NCBI RefSeq assembly: GCF_902459465.1
Contig: NC_047074.1
Location: 1,426,001 to 1,490,000 of the forward strand
Length of the DNA stretch: 64,000 nucleotides
Origin: Asterias rubens
Lineage: Eukaryota
Direction of reading: 5' to 3'
The notes under the pieces are model-generated. The model was not told the DNA's origin. It was given only the letters and a program-made list of their open reading frames with translations, and did not search any database. The position numbers were made by a program, and so were the translations under genes. Each line of letters opens with the position of its first letter. The first letter of the stretch is position 1. Of this stretch, positions 58,019 to 64,000 are shown in pieces.

Positions 58019-58379
58019 AGGTACTGGACACTATTGGTAATTACTCAGAATAAATGTTAGCATAAAAACTTACTTGGTCACAAGACTAGTAATGGAGAGC
58101 TGTTGATAGTATAAAACATTGTGAGAAACGACTCCCTCTGAAGTAACGTAGTTTTTGAGAAAGAAGTAATTTCTCAGTAAAATATTTGAATTGGTTTCGA
58201 GACCTTACGCGTGAGGTCTCGAAATCAAGCATGAAAGTAAACAATTTCGAGTGACAAGGGTGTTTTTTTCTTCCATTATTATCTCGCAACTTGTTTGTTA
58301 TTTTGTGCATATGTTGAGATACACCGAGTGAGAAGACTGGCCTTTGACAATTACCAAAGGTGTCCACTGTCCAGTGTCT
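58019..58379. mobile_element. Kolobok-like MITE family A copy
   Basis: TTAA at 58015-18 and 58380-83 with family A termini. Confidence 0.75.
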
Positions 58380-59309
58380 TTAATACACACCTGTGTAAGA
58401 AACAAAAGTATACTCTTTATCCACAATCCTCTTAATAATATTCTTATTTATTTTCCTTATACTTTTTTAACATATATCTTAATCAAGTTTTGGTCGAATA
58501 AATAGCACTTCCGAGGGCGGTTCGTAGCGCCAGAAAGGCTGTTTCAAGCTTATAAATATACCCAATTTGTAATTGGAGACACTAGAGTACGTAGTTCCTT
58601 CGAGCTTAAAACTTAGCGTATCAATGACAGCATTTGGGATTAAATCCTGTGAAAGTCACTTTTTGAAATCTGTTTAGCTTGCGGGATTCCTTTCTCAAGT
58701 TTCCAAACTGAATTTATGAATGCGAGAGGATGAAAAAAACTAAAGGAGCTGGGAAAAAGAAAAACAAAAAGAGAAATGTGTCTTTTTTTATAAAGGGAAC
58801 TACATGTAATACCTTTGGTTTTTGGAATTTTGTAGATTGTTTTAATCCTATGGTGACTTATGCAATAAAGTAACATTGGAACAATTCTTTTCAAAAGGTG
58901 GTAGTATTTTTACAAAGGTACATGTGCTCTGCACAATAAAAATAATTCAGTTTAAAAGCAAATCTCAAAAAAGGATGACCGAAAACAACCCAGAGAATAT
59001 GTGAAAATTAGACCTTGCTTTTTAAAAACAGAAATACAATTTTACAATTTTTTTTTTAGATACAAAATCTTAATGGACATGCAGTATGTTTAAAATATTC
59101 AAGTTCCAACCATCATCTACATGTACATAAATACCTTATTTGGTCACGAACTACATGTTGTGAAGTTATTTAAGGTTAACACTGTAACAATGTACCTCTA
59201 TTCTCAATTATAAAATCAACCAAATGGGTTGAATGTTTTGGAAGTTGATTGGGTAAACAATTTCGTAATTAAGTTTATCTGTGCATCCATGAACTTATAT
59301 CAACAGACC

Positions 59310-59600
59310 GCATATTAAGAGCAATGAACTCAAGATCTGGTTTTCCTGATCAGCAGATTATGGGTTCAAGTCCCGGTCATGACACCTGTGTCCTTAAAAA
59401 GCAAGACACTTACATGTAACCATGATGCTTCGTACTTTGGATGGGACATAAAGCCGTTGGTCCCGTCTGTTGTGTAACACACGTAAAAGAACCCAGTGCA
59501 CTTATCAAAAAGAGAAGGGTTCGCCCAAGTGTTCCTGGTTTGATTGGCTGCATATTGCACCACAGCACCTTGTAAACCATTTCATGGTGCTAAGTATTTG
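59310..59600 (+). mobile_element. tRNA-derived SINE
   Basis: GGGTTCAAGTCCCGGTCATGACAC, GGGACATAAAGCCGTTGGTCCC and GAACCCAGTGCACTTATC, shared with other copies. Confidence 0.65.
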
Positions 59601-60485
59601 AAAGGAATCATGTACGTAGGTCTCATAATTCAACATGTAGTCCCACAAACGTAGTCCTAGATACATGTACAATAGCCAAGGCATACTGTATGCTACAAAT
59701 GTAAGAAAGTCTTGACAATTCAGGCTTTGTTTTTTGTACAAATCTTGAGAGTAAAGTACCCTATTTACAAAGATGGGATAGAAACAACATTCTTCATTGT
59801 AAATCTTACTCTTGAGTCATATCTTGCATGATAAAAAAAATGGAATTGAACTTTCTTGTATGAACAAGACAACTTTTTCAAAACTAGAAAATTCATAACA
59901 ACTTTAGCAACTATTATCTGTGACATAATTCTATACAAGAATTTTAAGTATTAAAACCAGTTGCTTGCTAATACGATAAAACATACTAAAGTGTCAAAAG
60001 AGTCGAGTGATTTTTGTATTCTATACTGAAGTGAACTTAAACAAAGAATGCCCTCAGATTCTTATACATACTGTAGAGTGAAGTATTAAATAATACATGT
60101 AAGTGAGATTAAATATAACAAATATATTCATATAAACAAGTAAATACACATGCATTAAAACAAAAAAATATCTTAGATAGATTTTCTTGAAGTCCAAGTA
60201 CATGAACTGTACAGACATCTACAGACAGTGAAATGCTCTCCTGATAAAGTTGCCATTTTGATAAAGTTTGATGAAGTAGCGTTGTTTTCCTTTTTTTTCA
60301 CAAAAAAAGAAAGAAAAAACTAACCAAAAAAACCCAACATTTTTAAATACATGTATGCCACTTTTTGAGACATATAATTGAAACTTAAAAGTCCAAATAA
60401 ATATATTTTATTCTCTCCTTTTCCTCATATAAAATAAAGTGATGGCAGAAGACTATGTTTCAAAATTAATTTTTCGCTCGCTTTA

Positions 60486-60846
60486 AGGAACGTTACAGAA
60501 TTGGTAAGAACAAAAAATGGTGAAGATCACATATGTGAAGATCACATATTTACATAAAACTTACACCGTCTAATGATGATGATAGTAGAAAACAAATGTC
60601 ATATTTGATGAGAAACAAATAATCTAACTTCGCGTTAGGAGTTTATCGCTCAGTGAACGTTTTTTATTTTGGCATCGATGCAATGCAAAATTTGTAATCG
60701 GTTTTTCACTATTCTCTCGTGACCCAGATGGCCGATCGATCTCAAACTTCTACAGGTTTGTCAGTTTATGTATATGTTGGATTACATAAAGTGCTTACAC
60801 TGCCAGCAACTGTTTTGTTAGCAAAAACCAATTCTGTAATGTTCCT
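60486..60846. mobile_element. Kolobok-like MITE family C
   Basis: TTAA-GGAACGTTACAGAATTGGT ... ACCAATTCTGTAATGTTCCT-TTAA; a terminal fragment also lies near 37173. Confidence 0.75.
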
Positions 60847-61074
60847 TTAAAAGGCAGTAATCTTGAACACAAGTTTACATAAAACATAAATTAAATCTAT
60901 GTGAAGTGCATGATTGGTCATGATTTGAAGAAGAAAAAAATGGACAAGTTTCAAAGTGGAAGGTCACAGGTAATAAAGTTCATACCAGTACTCTTTCCTC
61001 AAAGGTATCTCCTTCTGAGATACTTTAAAAAAAAAGTCAACAATATCCACAACATCTGACATCATCATTGCCAG

Positions 61075-61420
61075 GCCTTGAACTGCAACGTTGAGAGGGC
61101 AAGGCCATTTTAATTTTGTAAAGGGCACTTCCATTGGAAAAAAACTTACAAGTTTATGGGAAACTGTTGAAGGGGCACCAATGACAAAACCAGGGCAACA
61201 GAGGCCATGCCCTCTGTGGCCACCGTCTATTTTTTTTTATGGCCGAGATGAAAATAAGCATCAAGGCGCAGGCCTGGAATTTCATCTTTGAGAGGGCAAG
61301 GCAATTTTCATTTTGCAAAGGGCACTTCTTTTGGAAAAATTTTAAAGTTTATGGGAAACTTTTGAAGGGGCACCGAGGCAGGGCAAAGGAGGCCATGGCC
61401 TGCCTGTCATTTCAGGCCTG
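61075..61420. mobile_element. Two adjacent copies of the caggcctg/gggcacc repeat family
   Basis: GAGAGGGCAAGGC...AAGGGCACTTC...GAAGGGGCACC repeated. Related copies near 12330-12490, 23230-23420, 40700-40830 and 42790-42900. Confidence 0.6.
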
Positions 61421-61586
61421 TAATATCTGAGATTTATGACCTTCCAGGTTCGGAGTATGTTTTTATCGAACACAGTACCTCAGGGGGGAAGTAAATTAAT
61501 TGGAAAGGGATTCCTCTGACCTGGAAGCAAGCGTTTCGTAACTGGATAGGAGCAGGGGAGAGGTGGACTGTTTGCCATGGTGCGCT

Positions 61587-61685
61587 GTGGTTCGCCGTGG
61601 TGCGCTGTTGTGTGCGTGGTTCGCCGTGGTGCGCTGTTGTGTGCGTGGTTCGCCGTGGTGCGCTGTTGTGTGCGTGGTTCGCTGT
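61587..61685. repeat. 29-bp GC-rich tandem repeat, ~3.3 copies
   Basis: Unit GTGGTTCGCCGTGGTGCGCTGTTGTGTGC. Confidence 0.85.
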
Positions 61686-62122
61686 GTGGATTTCTCTGCT
61701 TCAAGGCCCAGCAAATAGTCATGCTGGGAGGAAGCTGTTGATCCCTTGCAATGTATCTCCGTGATGACGGGGGTCCCACGACAATCAGACGCTAAGGGCG
61801 CCCTCTTACATCCTAGCATCTGCCATCAAAAACCACACTCCTGCGCTTCCACAAAAAGCCAACAATGCTCGGAAAAGATCACTTTTGGACACTTGGTGGC
61901 AGGAGAAAGGTTAGGGGGATTGTCGAACAGTAAGAACGCCCTCTATCATCCATCCAAGGGTTCACCAGGGTAAACCATGGTTACTTCGGCGCTCCTGCGA
62001 TTCCACAAGCGGCCAACAATGCTCGGAGAATATCCCTTGCGAAAGCAAAAGCTCTTTTAGACACTTGGTGGCTGGAGGAGGCTTAGGGGGGATTATTGTT
62101 GAACAGTAAAGAGCGCCCTCTA

Positions 62123-62308
62123 TCATCCATCCAAGGGTTCGCCGAGGTAAACCATGGTTACTTCCGTGTTTCCGTACACAGCCGATATTGCCGGGAAAAG
62201 CTGCTCGTCCGGAAGACCACGGAAGGCCACCCCTAGGTATTCATATCCCCGCTCAAAGGCCAAATAGTTGTCCTCCATGTCTAGAATAACCCGTATTTTA
62301 TCACCGAC
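62123..62308 (-). CDS. FBXO45: F-box/SPRY protein FBXO45, final coding exon (upstream exons outside window)
   Basis: After a strong acceptor (ttttttcgtcctcag) it reads [61 protein letters not shown], matching the characteristic FBXO45/Fsn C-terminus. Confidence 0.93.
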   Translation of the reverse strand, partial: VGDKIRVILDMEDNYLAFERGYEYLGVAFRGLPDEQLFPAISAVYGNTEVTMVYLGEPLDG

Positions 62309-63469
62309 CTGAGGACGAAAAAAATAAATAAAATAAAATAAAAACTGGAATGTTTTTAATTTTTTTAAACCCTGATTTGTAAATACGTATTTGATGTGGT
62401 TCTACCCACTCACTGTGACTAAGTGCTTTCCCGAGTGCTGTGTAAAAAATCCTCAGGCATAGGCCTATCTTAAAGTCAAACTTTTGAACAGGCACCCGGG
62501 CCAAAACCAAGAGTAGGGGCAAGGGAGGCCCCTGGTGTAATTTCAGGCCTGTATTATTCTGCTGGGAATCAACATCACAGGCTTTGCCATTCTATAGCTG
62601 TCCTACAATGTATCATACCACTGACAGTTCGACTCCCATATTTTAGCAGTGGGTACTGCAACAATTTTGTTTACACAAAGCAGTGTATGGCTTTTAAAAC
62701 CAAATTCTCCATCCCAGTCCCGATATAAATTTTAAACATGTAAATAGCTAAAAATTGGTTGAACAAAACACTGAAAAAAAGGGGAAGTTTCAATTGACCG
62801 ATTAAGATGTGAGTGAATGTCGCTCTCGGACTCTTAAGAAATGAAAGGCATCAATGCAATTGTGCTGCTGGAATTGAGATTATAAATTAGAAGAAGAAGA
62901 AAACCAACAGCCTGCAGTTAAATTCATCTGATCTTTTAAAATAAAATAAATTTATCACAAGAAAAAAAAAACATCTCCCTGTTTTTCCCATTTCACGCCT
63001 CTGGGGCAAACGCAAAACAGTTTTATTATGCCTTCAATTTTTAATATGGTAATTTCTTATAACACGCTTATGGTCGGGGTCAGACTGCCTGTCTGGAGCC
63101 AGTAGGCTGGTCCCTCAGGCAAAGTGGAAAGTGAATGAAAGAGGGTTGGCACGACTCAGCCTCACAAGCATGTGCTAAAAATGCTTCATTAATTACTGGT
63201 GTGTGCCAAATCGAACAAACGCCTGAGAGTTAAAGTATAATTGGGTCCCCTGTCTACAAGTTAAATAAGAAAAGGCACCTCAGATGGGTCATCGCACATT
63301 AAAAACTCCGTGGAAAGTCAAAAGAAGTAAACATGACCCCAAATATTTGAATACTGGAAACAATATTCAGATGTATCAGAAATATGTTTTGCTCTGGTAC
63401 ACACAGCCACATAGGTACACTGTAGTGTACTATGAGGTTTGTTCTTCCTCCATGGTTATAGGCACTGGG

Positions 63470-63710
63470 GTCGCCTAGGAGATATACTCGTCCTAAGTTG
63501 GGACGAGTAACTGGTCCTAACTCGAAATAAGACTACATGTAAGTCCTAACTCCTTGTGAAATCCACCCCTGGGGTGGGGTGGATCTCACAAGGAGTTAAG
63601 ACTAGTCTTACATCTTGACTTAGGATGAGTTACTCGTCCTGACTTGGGACTACCCATGCAATTTGTATCTCCTAGGCTAGTCCTAACTCTTTGTGAAATC
63701 GACCCCTGGA
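63470..63710. mobile_element. Two adjacent copies of the GGACGAGTAACT/ACTAGTCTT repeat family
   Basis: The same internally repetitive element occurs at about 700-830, 20720-20850 and 37690-37760; ends gtgaaatc(c/g)accc. Confidence 0.6.
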
Positions 63711-64000
63711 CACTTTTGGTGTCAAAGACCAGTATCCTCACTTGGTACATGTATCCCACACATACATGTACTGCTGGGGCTGAAACAGGGTTTATAATAT
63801 ATATACACCCTTTCTAGCTTTTACAGCACAAAATAAGCTTTTAAAGCACAACAAAATTATGTTGACCAGAACATAAGATCAGCCAAAACAGCATGTCACA
63901 AGTACCATTTGTGGCTGGTTTCCTGCTCAACTCTGCTAAGCAGGAAGTTCTTAAGCAATATTTTCTTCTTAAGCAGCTCCAAAAAATTGGGACCATGATG

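Noticed and set aside
61480-61819. 99-aa and 107-aa repetitive ORFs
   Set aside because: Artefacts of the 29-bp tandem repeat in the FBXO45 3' region.
62309-64000. Upstream FBXO45 exons
   Set aside because: No matching coding sequence found; the region is intronic with repeats.

Overview
AT-rich eukaryotic genomic DNA with spliceosomal introns and dense MITE/SINE repeats. It most resembles an invertebrate deuterostome such as a sea star (inference, no search run). Genes were reconstructed by hand from splice sites and reading phase: an intronless BTB-BACK protein (-), two tandem intact ACER3-type alkaline ceramidases (-), CDC20 (+), COPS6 (-), a 3-exon 142-aa secreted-type orphan absent from the ORF track as a full protein (+), a METTL27/WBSCR27-family methyltransferase with a GC-AG intron and a frameshift (+), and the last exon of FBXO45 (-). 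The main unexplained structure is a palindrome of about 4.3-4.7 kb (3.46-8.15 kb). Its 604-bp arms are almost identical, carry two inward-facing tRNA-like Pol III modules each, and enclose about 3 kb of self-complementary ~36-bp hairpin minisatellite. A 55-bp tandem array between CDC20 and COPS6 appears to derive from a Penelope-type minimal hammerhead ribozyme motif. Most ORFs in the supplied track are spurious or exon fragments.
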